Notes: generated by a model from the sequence alone, not told the origin. Positions 13,171-26,992 are shown, counted from the first letter of the stretch. The stretch is 64,000 nt of DNA from Gekko japonicus (GCF_001447785.1 NW_015164187.1:1117127-1181126), one strand, 5' to 3'. A program made the numbers and translations.

Positions 13171-16100
13171 GTACACTGTCATGGGTACTTTTAAGTCCCA
13201 TGGTAGTTCATACAGTTTGTAAGAAATCACTGTTAGTATCTGTAACACTGTGTGGGTTCATTTCCAATTATTAAAGGAATGTCAATTATGTTTTACCTGT
13301 TCAAGTTATGCACTGAAATCCCTTGTCATTTTGCAACAATGCTTGTTAAATAACAGCAAGTTAACAATGAAGCTATATGGATGACTACTTTCTCTCAATG
13401 TTGCTTGTTGCTGTAAACTATTTCCAGGAGCTGGTTTTCAAAACCCCATGCTTTGAAAGAGCTAACACATTTGGAGAAATTCAAGACACTAATTTCTGTG
13501 GACTAGATCAACTGAACAGGAAACCCAAATGCCAGTATCAAATTACATAGTTCTGGAAAGTGCAAATAATTTTTCAAGGTCTGACAGTTAAATCACCATT
13601 TTAAAGTATCTTTGTTGTAAATCTTTAGGACAGTGATTTGTACAAAGCTAAGGCTGCCATCCCAAGAACACTTTCCTGGGAGCCAGCTCCACCAAATGAA
13701 ATGGGACTTGCTTCTGGGTAAACCTGCTTAGGATTGCTCCCTAAAGCTTTGTATGTTACTCCCCTCCCCTTATGTAGGCCAAAGGAATAGTTAAGATGCA
13801 CTGCTTCACATTAACCCCCACCATCCCCTACCATTCCATTCTTCAAGTGTTGCTTATGCATAGGAAAATGCATATGGTTGTATGCTAGAAGTCAAGTTTC
13901 CTCACCCCCCCCCCAAAAATAAAATAAAATGCAAAACTGGTTAAATTAGCCATGCAATTTTTTGCCAACTTGCAGGATTTGGGAGGAGGGGGAATAGAGT
14001 TTTCATCTCATCAAGACTTTGACAGACAATAGTTCCCAAGTTCATTTAGAATGCACACTGGCCTGGAAGATGTTGACTTTTCTACATTTGCTAGAAAACA
14101 CAAATAAAGTTGTGTACATATAAAAGATCTTTTAATATTTCATGGGCTTCCTACAATTTTACTCTCCATCCAAGAACACATATTCTTTCAATATATATCC
14201 TGGGCTATAAGGTCATTACTGAACACCAAAGTGCTCAGTTAAATTTTTTAAAAATGGCCTCTACCACTAAATGCATGCATTTAAAAAAAAAAGAAACCAC
14301 TAAAAATTTGTTATTTTAAAAGGATTAAACATTTATGATAAAAAAAAACCTGATGAAATTTTAAACACAATCCGCAGACCAGTCTAGAGTATGTATGCAA
14401 AGATGTTCCCAGTACCAAGAATATTTGCAGAAGTATGCAAACAATCCCACCACAAAAACTAAAAGAAGCAAAGTATAAACAGCCATTAAATGAAGAACGG
14501 AACCTAGAAACCAGCAGTTTAATTGCATTTCTTACCAAGAAAAGCTAAGCTGAAATTCAAGGATGAAATAATTACTAAATTCCATCCTCCACCTACTAGT
14601 TTCTTAATTCAATCAATTCTTCAAATAAAAACATGACTTTAAGTTTCTGTAATTTTATTCTTGCAGGAAAGGAACAGCACCCAAACGACTGACGATTAGA
14701 GTTCACAACTTGAAAAATAAAGGAAAAAGCTTCATTTCCTATTTATTCCCCCAAAACACAGTATTTTATTGGCCTTTCAACAAATAAAAGAGCCTGCTGT
14801 TGAAACACACCAGACAATTAAAATAGATAGCATAAATCTTCAGAAAGACAGTTTTATTAACAGAAGGCTTAGTAATATTAACAATGAAATACAATTATGT
14901 CACTTTCCAGGAGAGTACCATCTTGGTACCTGTCAAAACAATTTCCAATCCATGAATCTGGTAATGCAGCCACCTCTTCATTTTAACACCTTCACTCAGT
15001 CCTTCAAATTACTGTACTGCAAAATACTCTGAGGATGTAGTATTCAACAGGTTTTTACATCTGTCTTACATACTGGATGAATAGAACTGTTAACCGCTTG
15101 TATTTCTACATTATCCTAGGCTGTGCACTTCAAATGTTCCATCATAAAAACTCAAGTAGACACACTTTTTCTTCAACTGGGAAACAGAACAGCTTATAAA
15201 TTGCTTTAAATACAATGATTTGCAGAAGATTTTTCAGACAACTAGTGTAATCTTTGCATTTATGATTTCTGAATAATGGAGTCAAAAATTCTACTTTGAT
15301 TTCCTGTATCACTGCATCCTCTCTTCCCTAAGAAAAAGCTCTACTGAAGAAAGTGACAATTCTACATAGAATTAGAATTAAACAATGTTCTCTACTGGAA
15401 CACCTGTAAGAAACTCAAGGAGTGTAGAGAATTTTCAAAATTTTAATTTCATAAATGATCCACAGCAGTAATTCACAAGATTTTTGGAGTCATAGTAACA
15501 CAAATGATTGCTAACATTAACACTCCGCATGAACCCAAGCTAGTCCTTTAGATTTAATTAAACCAAGAGGTTCCATATGAGCGTGGTTCAAAAAGTTACA
15601 CAACATACACAATGTACAAAAACCAAGTGATGAACATCCTATCCAAATGTAACATACAGTCCTAAAAAATCCATCCATTTAAATAATTATGTGCTCAAGC
15701 TGAGGCTTTGTATGGCAGCTCTATGTATTCCATTTTAACCATACAAGTAAAGATGCAGAACAATGAACAAAGATACCTTCACTTGTGGCAAAAAATCTTA
15801 TTCTATACAGTCAGTTGCAATAAGAACTAAAAGTTATTCCATAAAAAGCTGGAATTTTACACGGTTCAATTCATATACAGGAAAACTGCCTGAACGTTTC
15901 TCAATGAACATAATTTCGCTGTCCATATACCAAGAATCTCTGAAAAATAAGGTACATAAACAATCTGTGTAACTGAGACTTTATTCAGTTGCAAAGTAAG
16001 GTAGGACTATAAACAAAACTTTGACCTGTGTACACAAAGCAGATTCAGCCAACTTTTAATAATCAACTCTAGAAATAGCAACTTCTCTATTTTGTAATGG

Positions 16101-16452
16101 CTTGCAATAGAACCCACCTATGACATCACTAACTTCATCATGACAGTTTTCCTCATCCAGAATTTCATAAAACCAATCTAGACTCCTTGATAAGCATTAC
16201 ATGGCCAATTCAGCATTAGAAAACTTTCAGTTGATGAGAATACCTCTTCTCTACATATCTGTACTGGTAGAACTACTAAAAATTTACCCTTGCAGCAGTT
16301 CTTCTGTAAACAGTTAAACCAATGTTCCAAGTCTTATCAAAATAAATGTTAAGTTTAAACAATTTATAGGTTCTAATCTAGAACTACTATAAAACAATCT
16401 GAATGCATTCATCACAGCACTAATATCTATTCTACAAACATTTAATAACCAG

Positions 16453-19093
16453 CTACCCTAGAACAAGTTTGACTTTTCTCGATCCTATTGGCCTGTCATT
16501 TAGATCAACAACAGCTGCCATTGCTTCATCACGAGACTCAAATGCAACCATTGCTTCACCAGTGGGCATTCCTTTCTCATTATATTTTAAGCATACTGAG
16601 CCTGGAATTACTTGGTAACCATAGAAGAAATCTAAAATTTCATCAACTGATACAGTAAAGGGCATATTCTGAACTTTAATGACAGTTGGCCCTGGCTTTC
16701 CAGAACCAGCTCCAAAACCTGGTGGACCAGTAATATGCAAATTCCCAGGGCCAGGTCCAAACGCTGGAGGTCCACTTAAATGTCCAAGTCCACCACCAAG
16801 ACCAGGAGGTCCACTTCCAAAACTAGGAGGGCCTAAATTACCAGGCCCATTTCCAAAATTCTGAGGGCCCCCTCCAAACCCTGATGGCCCACTTAGATTA
16901 CTAGGTCCACCTCCAAAGCCTGGGACATCAATTCCTGGACCAGGCAGACCAGGCAAACCACTACTTCCGATAGATGGCATTCCTGGTCTGGAATCACCAA
17001 AACCACCTCCTCCTATTCCTGGAGGTGGAAGAGGGGGACCAAATGCATTAGAGCCACCAAAGTTACTGGGAAAATGAAAAGGAGGACCGCCGCTTGTATC
17101 TTTTGATGCACTACTTATGAAAGAATGATCATCTCCACCAGCATTCTGCACTCCAGGCAAGGGTGTATTTCCTTGCATTTTCAACATTTTTTTCCCTTGA
17201 GAGGGAGGATTTCTTTCAATGTCTCTCATTTCTTCAAGTGATATCACCCTAAGCACAACTTCTCTCCCATTCAGTTTCTTCCGATGTAGTCGCTCTGATT
17301 TACGAGCATCTTCTTCACTTTTGAACTGGACCAGTGCTTGTCCTAAACCTTGACCATTAGTATCAACAAGAATCTGTATAGAGTTCTCTTCCACTGCTAG
17401 TCCCTCTAAAAACTGGATGATTTCCATTTTAGTAATGTTATAAGGGACATTGGATATATGTGCACATAGTTTGGAAGGGCCAGTCTCCCCTTCTGTACTC
17501 AACATAATCTCTCGCTGATCATAGCTGAAGTTCTGAAGTCTTTTCCGGATCATATCTATCTTTTCTAACATAGCTTTTTTAGTGATGGGATGAACTTGAA
17601 TAAAACGATTTCCAATGTACTGCTTATGATGACATAAAGCTGCTTTGTAGTCAGATTCATTTCTGAACTCAACAAAACCTTCGCCAAGTGCTTTCCCATT
17701 GGGTCCATAAGCTATGTAAATACTGTCTTCCACAATATCTAGCTTTTTAAAGAAATCTATGACATGTTTGTTCTCTGATTCAAAGGGAAGACCTTTTAAA
17801 TAAACACAGAACCCCTGATCATGTGGGGACCTAGATCTTGACCTTTTCTGACCATTAGGAGATTTGGACATTGATAGAGTCTGAGGAGAAGGATGGTTTT
17901 GTCCAGAAGGACCCATGGTTTGCTTGAATGTTATATGGCCTCCAGCAGACACCCACTGTCTCTCTGTTGCAGGACTAACTTCAACATAGCGCTGAATCAT
18001 CAGCATCCTGTTTCGTTTCAAGGCTTCAAATGTATCTTGAGGAGAGCAAAATTTAACTAATCCATTTCCATTATTGCGTCCAACATGATCTTTTAGTATA
18101 TGCACTGCATCCACGCGGAGTCCATGGAAAAAGTCTTTGACATCGGATTCTGTTGCTGAAAAAGGCATCCCATGGACACTAACATACAAATCATCTGGAT
18201 TGATAGGAAGTGATTTCACATTGCTTTGGGAACTGATCTGAATAGGATTCATGGGACTCATAAACATTGGGTTCAAATTACTGCCCAAATTCATTGCTGT
18301 TCCTGAGCCATTCATTCCAGCAGGCAAAGGTGCTACAGGTGGAGGATTCAGAGGTGGCAAGCATTCCTGATAAAGGAGGCATAGATGTCATTGGTGGCAC
18401 AGGAGGCACAGGAGGTATTGGGGGAACTGGAGGAACAGGAGGCAGTGTAGGCACAGGAGGTGGGACAGGTATGGGAGGAATAGAAGGCATTGGGGGCAAT
18501 GATGGCAGAGCTGGGATAGGAGGTATTGGTGGAGGTGGTACTGTGTTCATTGGGGATGCTGTACTAGGTAAAGTGGAGCTAAACGTGGGACTTCCAAATG
18601 TAGCACCAAGACTGGGAGGAGCAGTTCCCATACTGGCAGTAGAGAACGTTGGTATGTTTTTGTTGCTTTCATGGACTGAAGTAGCTGCAGTTACTACACT
18701 AGGAGAAGGACTGTTAAAATTAGGTACTGTAGTTGGAAGAGTCACCCTGCTACTTATTCCAGAACTAGGTGGTGGCCCAGACCTGCTAGCATTTGCTGGC
18801 GGCATATCTAAATTTGCAGTTTCAAAACGTCTGCGACTGAGTTCTATCATATTTTGCATTTCAGTTTTACTGCTCAGCAACAGTGTTACTTTGGACNNNN
18901 NNNNNNNNNNNNNNNNNNNNNNNNNNNNNNNNNNNNNNNNNNNNNNNNNNNNNNNNNNNNNNNNNNNNNNNNNNNNNNNNNNNNNNNNNNNNNNNNNNNN
19001 NNNNNNNNNNNNNNNNNNNNNNNNNNNNNNNNNNNNNNNNNNNNNNNNNNNNNNNNNNNNNNNNNNNNNNNNNNNNNNNNNNNNNNNNNNNNN
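16453..19093 (-). CDS. RBM12: RNA-binding protein 12 (single coding exon; RRM domains plus Pro-rich and Gly/Pro-rich regions). Start codon is in the N-gap; apparent frameshift at about 18358-18361.
   Basis: ORF 16453-18360 matches RBM12 (DDLYVSVHGMPFS...GFCVYLKGLPFE...TVIKVQNMPFTVSVDEILDFFYGYQVIPGSV...RKVKLVLG*). ORF 18278-18895 matches the N-terminal part (SKVTLLLSSKTEMQNMIELSRRRFETANL). The start at 19093 is extrapolated from the 66 residues preceding SKVTL in the human protein as recalled. The polypyrimidine tract CCTTTTCTCATCTGC abuts the gap at 19117. Confidence 0.93.
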
Positions 19094-21469
19094 NNNNNNN
19101 NNNNNNNNNNNNNNNNGCAGATGAGAAAAGGTAACGGCTAGGTCAGACTATTTATGATACCATATTATAACCTAGACACTTAAGTCTTTAAATGCTCAAG
19201 GCTCTTGAGCAAATTTACAATTTAGGTCCTTTTTCCTACAGCATTTTCTACCACATATTTTAGAAGCAAAATTGTACAAAAGCTTTCCACTAAATTTCAG
19301 TGTGAAGTGTTAAAATCCAGTCAAAAACTGGCACAAAAACTAAAAATTAAAAAAATAAAATAAAAGCGCCCTGGGAGAAAACAGAGCTTCAGACCTGCAA
19401 AGCATAATCCAATTCACTGATTGCACAAGCAAAAAATTTGCATCCATTTCAAATTCTGGGACAACAGAAATCTTTAGAAGTCAGCATGAAGATTTTAGGG
19501 TCCCAGCTTCCACACAGGACTGATATCAAAATTTCTGTCAGCATCACATTCTCTTCCCCAGCTTTGTACTTCATTTTCAGTCATTTATTTACAATAATCA
19601 GAGCAATCAGTTTGTGTTTGGATGTAAAATTCTAGAATTCCTAGACACTGCCGAAAATCTCATTCCTCAGGAACTTTCTCACAAACTCACCCAGGAGCCA
19701 GTGATGGATGTCTTCTCTAGGACCCTTATCTATATTATTTTCTTAAACTTGATAGTATTGAGTTTCAAGTCAGCTCTGCAAATATTCAGCCATTCTGAAA
19801 GCATTCATCCAGCTACACTAGGACTTGGTCACAAACTTGCCTGGATTAAAGGGAGTGAAATCGCTGGGCAACAAGGAGATGAAGCCGTACTCAAGATCAC
19901 AAAATATTACGATATTGATTTTTTAAAAATATGCAATTTCCCCCAAAAAAGTACTGAGCTATTCTTCTGTTCTGACATGCAGTGATACTATGTCAAAACA
20001 AATGCATTTAAAAAAAAAAAACAACAGCCCCCACAACATAGCTTAATATTTTTTAAGAAAAGGGATTTTTTGTTTTTTAAAAAAACTTAAGCAATTTAAC
20101 TCATGAGGAGAACTTTCCTTTTTCATTTATAGTTACAGGCTTAAGCTGGAATGCTGACGCAACCAAGAACTAAAACTATTAATTATAAACTGTTCAATTG
20201 ATGTGCTAGGGCATCAGACTTCTATATCCAGCCTTTCTAATACAATGATTACCAAAATGACTAAAGTTGGTTAAACTTTAACTTAAAAAAAATATATCCC
20301 AAATGTGCAAAATTAATAAGCAAAGAGAACTTATTATCTCTTAAGTGAGAAACCAGTATACCTCAGGCTATTCACCAAAAATCCAGACAGTAAATTTGGT
20401 TTACATCTCCTTTAAAACAGGCAGTATTGAAAATAAACTTCAGATTGCACTTCACTTCCATAAATCCTTCCAACAGCTAATGAAGGACTGCATTGTAATG
20501 GCTATTCCCTGCCATCTCTGGCAGGCATGCAATTTAGCTGGCTTTCTGGAAAAAGGTATTGTGTGAAATTTACGACATTACAGTCCACATCACTGCTGCA
20601 GTGCCTAGCATTAAACTTTGTGAAATGAGCTGCAGTGCCTTTTTCATAAAGATAATTTCACTGGTTACAATGACAAGGCAAGAAATAGCTATAAGGCGAA
20701 AAGTTGGACAGAGTATGGGACACTTATGGATAAAAGAATACAACGTACAGCTATTTCTATGCTAAACAATATGTCTGTGTCGTATGTGGAAGGAAGTTCT
20801 CAACAAGCATGGCTATCACTGAAAAATGGTACCGGGTGGTTCTCCTGACTTTGAACATTTGTTTTTTGTGGATATAATCCAAACTTGGACTGTTGATTTT
20901 TCTCTTTTTATAGTGTGTTCTGTCTGTCTTTACCAAATTGTTCATATTAATTTTTATAATACTTTTTAAAATAATCAAACAGATGTGAAACTTGTGATGG
21001 CTCATATCTGATGTCACAAAAAAAAGATACCAAGCCACAGACAGTATATTGACAAACAAATAACTTCAAATGACACCAGAATGGGAGTTGTTAAAGGTTT
21101 GTGAAACAACTCTAGATCCTTCAAAAAAATTTACAGGCTTGGCGCACTAACCCAATACTGTTTTAATATTTAGCACAAATTAAACAAACTCAAAATCAGT
21201 CCTATATCATAGGGAAAGTTATCTTAAAATGATTTGTAATTTGTGGTAATAGTTCCCAAATAATATGCACACTAGTATTTGAGATAGTCCAAGTACTTCT
21301 ATAATATGATCTTTAAAATTCAGTAGTAAATTTCTGCTGTGCCAATACTAAACCAGAACACCACCTATTGCTATTTTCCAATCATAACAGTAACAAAATA
21401 ATTCAAGATCAAAATCAGCTCTAACTGCTCAGAGACTTTGGGGATTTTTTATATCTGACAGGAACAGGC

Positions 21470-21665
21470 ATGCCATAATGGTTAGAGCACTGGTCTAGGT
21501 CCCGGGAGACCCAAGTTCAAGTCTCCATTGGGTGATTTTGGGCCAGCCACTAATTAATTCTGAACCTAACTTACTATACAAGGCTGTAATGAGAATAAAA
21601 TGGGTAAAGGATCCACAAGTGCCATCCTAAGCTCCTTGACGGAAGGGCAAAATAAAAATCTAATA
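21470..21665 (+). mobile_element. tRNA-derived SINE (MIR/L2-tail type)
   Basis: GGTTAGAGCAC (A box) ... AGTTCAAGTC (B box), core region and A-rich end. Confidence 0.55.
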
Positions 21666-23228
21666 AAAAAACTAACAGCCTCACAATTTTCAATTCTGTT
21701 AGGGTCTAATTTTATAAAACTGCAATCTGAGTCACAGACTGTAAATTTCAGAAACTAAAAACAGTTGTGAATGTCTGTACTGATTGAAGCACTGGAAATG
21801 CACATCACATAACACCCATGTTTTGAGGAGGTTCAGCAATCTTAAAAAGCAGAAATTTTTAGACAGCACACAGTCTATTAATCTCCATCTAGTCTGTGAA
21901 GAATCATGAGCAATGCTACTCAGTGTTTAATATTCAGATTTATGACACTCCAGGTTATCTATCTACATGCTAAATCGCTGCTCTCTCTAAACACTTCATG
22001 TTTCTATTCACACATTGCAATAATGCAGAATCTCCTATTAATTGTTGTGCAGTACTACTGCCTGGAATGCAATTTCAACACAATAATTCATTATTACATT
22101 TACTGACATATTCGTACCCCATGTTTCCTTCAAGTAGAGTTTCAAACTGGCTTGCAGCAATACCTTGTGTTTGTATCTAGAGCTTTCTCTGAAACTTTGA
22201 GCAAGCCTGAGGTAAACAAAATTATCTGAACTTGCTTATAGGATTTAGCCATACAGAGTTTCTTAGAATGAAACGCAATGTTTTAGAGCTGTCTTCCTGT
22301 ATCCAACACACATTTTTGGGGTACTGATTTTCCCACATTCTTGTTTGCAATGGCAGCCCCATCCCATCCTGGGAAAGATCATTCCCGGAATTGCAGGACA
22401 CACATGGAGTAACTGCACCATAGTTCAGGCCACTGGATGGCATGAGATGAAGTACTTGGTGCTCTGTTTGCAGAAAACACAGGAGGGACATGTTAAAAAG
22501 AAATGGAGAGGAAAAGTCCAACAAATTATCTACCTAAAATGTAAGGTCGTCTATAGTTACTCATTTAGACAACAGAAGAGATGTTCATATGTAGCTATGA
22601 TCATGTTTTGAAATAGTTAGAATTAACTGTTCACTCAGCTTTGGGGGGGGGGGTTTAACAGCTTCCAGATAGAAGCATGTTCTACTTGAACAATGTTGAG
22701 AAGATAAAAATACCTGATCATTGAACTAAATGCATCTAGTTCCAGGTATCACCGTTAATACTACTTTTAATCAATGTGTGTTTGACAATTCTTTCAGACT
22801 AAAAGCCAAGGAAGCGTATTATAGCATGAAATAACAGCATCAAATGAAAGACCTAAAGGAAGACTACTTCCTCCAGCATGACCATTCCAGACTCCTATTT
22901 TTTGACAAGCAGGTAAAGTAGCTTCCAAAGTATCTCCGGGGGGAAAATAAGGTTCTCTTTATCTACATGGGCTAAGATACAATTTTGACAACTACATGAC
23001 ACTTACTATACACTAGGAATTGTAAAAATATTAAACAGCTACATACTACTAAAGACATCAACAGAAATATTTACAAGAATATATACAGCTGGACCCTGAA
23101 AGAAACCTACACACTTTTGGTGATTGAAACTTTTAAAGCTAATTTATATGTTGGGAATAATATTCCAGAGTTCTTTGGATTATCCAAGTGTATTTAATAA
23201 GCATAAATATTTCTTCAAAGTATCTTAC

Positions 23229-23311
23229 CTGCAAACAGAGGTGTTTTTTCCTTAATAAGTAGCAGAAGTCAAGTCAATCCTGTGGGCAACCAACTAAAAC
23301 CAACTTTTAGA
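23229..23311 (-). other. RBM12: Non-coding 5'UTR exon of RBM12 (shared with CPNE1 in other vertebrates); alternative acceptor at 23279
   Basis: Minus strand reads ttctttattgcag|TCTAAAAGTTGGTTTTAGTTGGTTGCCCACAG^GATTGACTTG...TTTGCAG|gtaaga. Canonical splice sites; closely resembles the human RBM12/CPNE1 UTR exon as recalled. Confidence 0.8.
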
Positions 23312-25559
23312 CTGCAATAAAGAATAAATGGAGGCAAAAATCAATGTAGGCAACACACAGCTAAGGTTAGCAGTCCAGAATGAACTGTATATTATGAAAA
23401 GTTTGAAGGTGAAATACCATAAGGCATCCCCAATACATGGCAACCACAAGTTTCTTATGGCACACAGTAGAGACCATTGTTAATCACTTACACTGATGCA
23501 CAATTAACTGCAATTAATTTTTATTTTAATAAAAATATACCCAACATGAGGCCACCACAGCTAGAATACATAGATATGTTATACAGTCTCAATCTCTCAA
23601 GTTTGCATTTTATCTTCAGCAATCTAAATCTGTCAATACAGATTTTTTAAAAGTGGTGCATTTACGGTAACTATTTTCCACTAAGAAAAAGTAAATACTA
23701 ATCACTCTGATGAACAGGACAACATTTCTAATGGGCCTTCTGACCTATTAATAAGCACTTAGAGAAACCAAAGATTGAATATGCTTTCCAAGCCCTGCAA
23801 CATCTAATAAAACCAAATCAAGCTCAAAACATTTACAACACACTTCCTTCCACTCATTTTACCTTAAGAACACAATCACATCTTTTCATCTGAGGGCTTT
23901 TCATACCATGCGATTCTCAATGCACTGCACAACTGAAATACGGCATTTGATAATTCATAATCCAGCATTCAGGAGGTATAAACACACTGCCACTTGAAAC
24001 ATGCACAATCCGAAATTCTCTGGCAGCCCATACCTACAACTCCAGAAACTACATCCCATTGAGAAAGGAAACAGTAACACAAAATTGATAAAAAGTTTGT
24101 TGCTCTTTTCTTACGGATGACAACTTCACAAGTAGTGATACAAGTAGATCTACATCTGTAATTCTGCCCAAGTGGATATTAAATAAGCTTTTTGCTTACC
24201 ACAAGAGGGTTGGCTGTAATTTTTTTCAAAACAAAAGCTTTCAAATCAGATACCAACACCACCACAAATATCAAATATACAAGTTTCCACACAATTGTAA
24301 TTAGAGAATCACTCTTTTTGGCTGCGAAACTCAGAATTGTCCAGAGGACCAAAAACATGGTTGAATACTTGCTTCCCAAATTAGGCAGTTTCAAAAACTA
24401 CTTGCAACAAAAGGACAACATTTTAAAAGGATATGGCATAAATGCACTTCATCAAACCTCAAATATTCCACATATTTTCAGTTAAAGAAAGCTATCCAAG
24501 TGATTATTTTTGTATAATTCCGATTTTTCTTCCCTTTTTAATTTATTGATACCATTGAGAAGTTTGCCAGGTGGCCACTACCCTGCAAAGTACACACAGC
24601 AATACAAAAAGGCACCCAAAACCTCATCTCCTGAGATTCCTACTGAACGCCAGAAGCCATAAACCAACATGTTGAATTTTTCTATTTTCTATGGTTTTAT
24701 GCCGCATGCATACTGCCAAGTATTGTCTAGACTACAAGTCAAGCCACATGAAATATCACACCAGTAGACATCCCAAGACACTTTACCACATTAATTTATG
24801 CTTCATCTTAATTCTCTGTTGCCCAATATATGGTCTTTACAAGACAACTCACTTCCAACATGCTGCATTTATTTTCCAAAATATGTACCAATGCCTTGCA
24901 CAATCTAGATAAATCCCTGTTTATTCTTAAAGTAAACAGAACATTCTCAGGTACAATATAATATTTCAATACTCAATATTTTCTTGGAGGTCCCATACTT
25001 AAGAGAAGACAACTAAATAAGTGAAATCTTCCTGTGTTTGCCCAGTAATTAAAGAGACTGTGAGAACCACAGGAATAAAGGAATTCATTGGGAAAGACAA
25101 AACTAATACACAATTAAAATCGCCATTATCTGAAGTTCAAAATAACCTAATTTCTAAAAATTCTATCAAAAACATTTCATCAATTTGTACCTCAAAAATT
25201 ATGTCAATCAATAGCCTAGTAGGTTCATTCATGCCTCTTTGTATGTTCTGCACAAATGAGATACACATGCAGTTAAATATAACTTATTTGTATTAATTTT
25301 TAAAACTGGAAATAAGCAGCCAATGAAATACAGCACAATATAGCTCTATTTTATATAATCAGCTTCCAAATCGACACACTAGACTCTGCAGAGTTAATCA
25401 GTTTCTCATCTCTCCATAACGATTTGTTCCCATAAACTATAATCGTAACAGACGTGTATGAAAAAAGCCACCCTAGAATACTCAAGAAACCAGCATGAAC
25501 GCCAAACGAGTAAACTAACATGTGCTAGCTAATTTAATTCAAACAGCAAATTATTTGAC

Positions 25560-26720
25560 CAAATAAACTCTTATAACCAAACAAGGTTTACACGCGTCGC
25601 TATCGCTTCATAACGCCGATATAATTTTTGCCCAGAAAAAAACCCTCAAGAATTTAATGCCTCGTACTTTCATCGTGAGAAAATGGCACCCACTGCGTAC
25701 TTTGCGACCATACACGATTTTTTAAAAGCTTGCGGAAAGATGACAAAAAATATAGCAAAGTATTGAAAATTCAACAGTATCGTTCACATTGTTCATAGGT
25801 AGCATCCCTTGGAAATCTAAGCGAGGAAGAAACTTTATTCGAGCCGGCCACCACAGAGAATGAGACAGATTGCAGGAGCTCTGGTCGATGCACAAAATCC
25901 CCGCAGCCACGAGCAAGGCCATTTTGTTTCACACAACAGAGACGGATTCCATTCGCCAGCCCTCTACTAGGAAGGGCCCCCTCGCCACCTTTCTTTTCGC
26001 TGGACCAAACCATGCCGCTGAGTCTCGGTCCGAAGACAGTATTAAAGAAGCCTTGCTTCATAAGGCCGCCTGCGGAGAAAGCCACCGATACTCACCTACC
26101 CTCAAAGGGGTCATAAACCCGGGGGCCTAACAGACCGCTCTTCACTGACCCCGAAACAACACCGTCGCACAGGCACGGCTACCAAACCCAACGCACCAGG
26201 CTGAAATGCCTTAGCGACGCTGAACATCTGCTGCACCTACCGGGCCCGCGCTCTGGACCGAAGCTGAAGGAGCCGCCCAGGCTCCACAGCCCCCACTGAA
26301 CTAATTCCCGCCCTCCTGCCTTTTGTGTCGCTACGGGGAGAAAACAGTCGCCGGGCTCACTACCGGAACAGATACGTCCGGCCTCCCTCCCAGTCCCAGC
26401 GAGCCAGGGGCCCGACGTGGGGAACGCCAAATCCTTACCGAGGGGCCTGTATGGAAAAATGGGGGTTAGAAACAAAACTAACTCGTCACTCGGGCCCCGC
26501 TCCCCGCGCTGAGGCCAGCGCCAGCGACCGAGCAGCCCCACAAAATGGCCGCCTCGCTGCACCGCCTCCAGGCCGCCTGCAACGCGAAGTGGGGGTGTGG
26601 CTCTGCAACCGACGGGGTGGGGTGGGGTGGGGTGGGGGAGAAACTTGGCTGGCTAGCAAGTAACTGCGTGAGGAGAAGCCTTGCTTTGGAACCGCCTCGT
26701 CCAGAGAGTTGCTTTAAACG
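25560..26720 (-). promoter_or_regulatory. RBM12: CpG-island promoter and first exon region of RBM12/(CPNE1)
   Basis: Sharp rise in GC and CpG content; YY1-like CAAAATGGCCGC at 26541-26552; candidate minus-strand donors CG|GTAAGG (exon end 26439) and AG|GTGAGT (exon end 26096). Confidence 0.75.
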
Positions 26721-26820
26721 AAAACAAAACCCCCCACTTCTTGCAACCCTGATATGATCCATCTGTGGAAATCCATGAACTGTAACAACAACGCACCATG
26801 TACAAGGGTGGATAGTTTTT

Positions 26821-26992
26821 CGGGTTGCCAAGTCTGGGCTGGAAAATACCTGGAGACTTTGGGGTGGATCCAGGAGAGGGTGAGGTTTGGGAAGGGGAGG
26901 GGCCTCAGCATGGAATAGTGCCATAGAGACCACCCTTCAAAGCAGCCATTTTCTCCAGGGGAGCTGATCTCTGTCACCTGGAGATCAGTTGG
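26821..26992 (+). mobile_element. Non-autonomous DNA transposon fragment (GGGTTGCCA-ended family)
   Basis: Begins GGGTTGCCAAGTCTGGGCTGGAAAATACCTGGAGA; a more diverged related fragment lies near 3300-3410. Confidence 0.55.

Noticed and set aside
18267-19124. 285-aa Gly-rich plus-strand ORF (also 16679-16864)
   Set aside because: Antisense shadow of the Pro/Gly-rich RBM12 codons, lengthened by the N-run.
25771-26977. Several ORFs in the RBM12 CpG island
   Set aside because: GC-rich sequence is poor in stop codons; no homology to known proteins.
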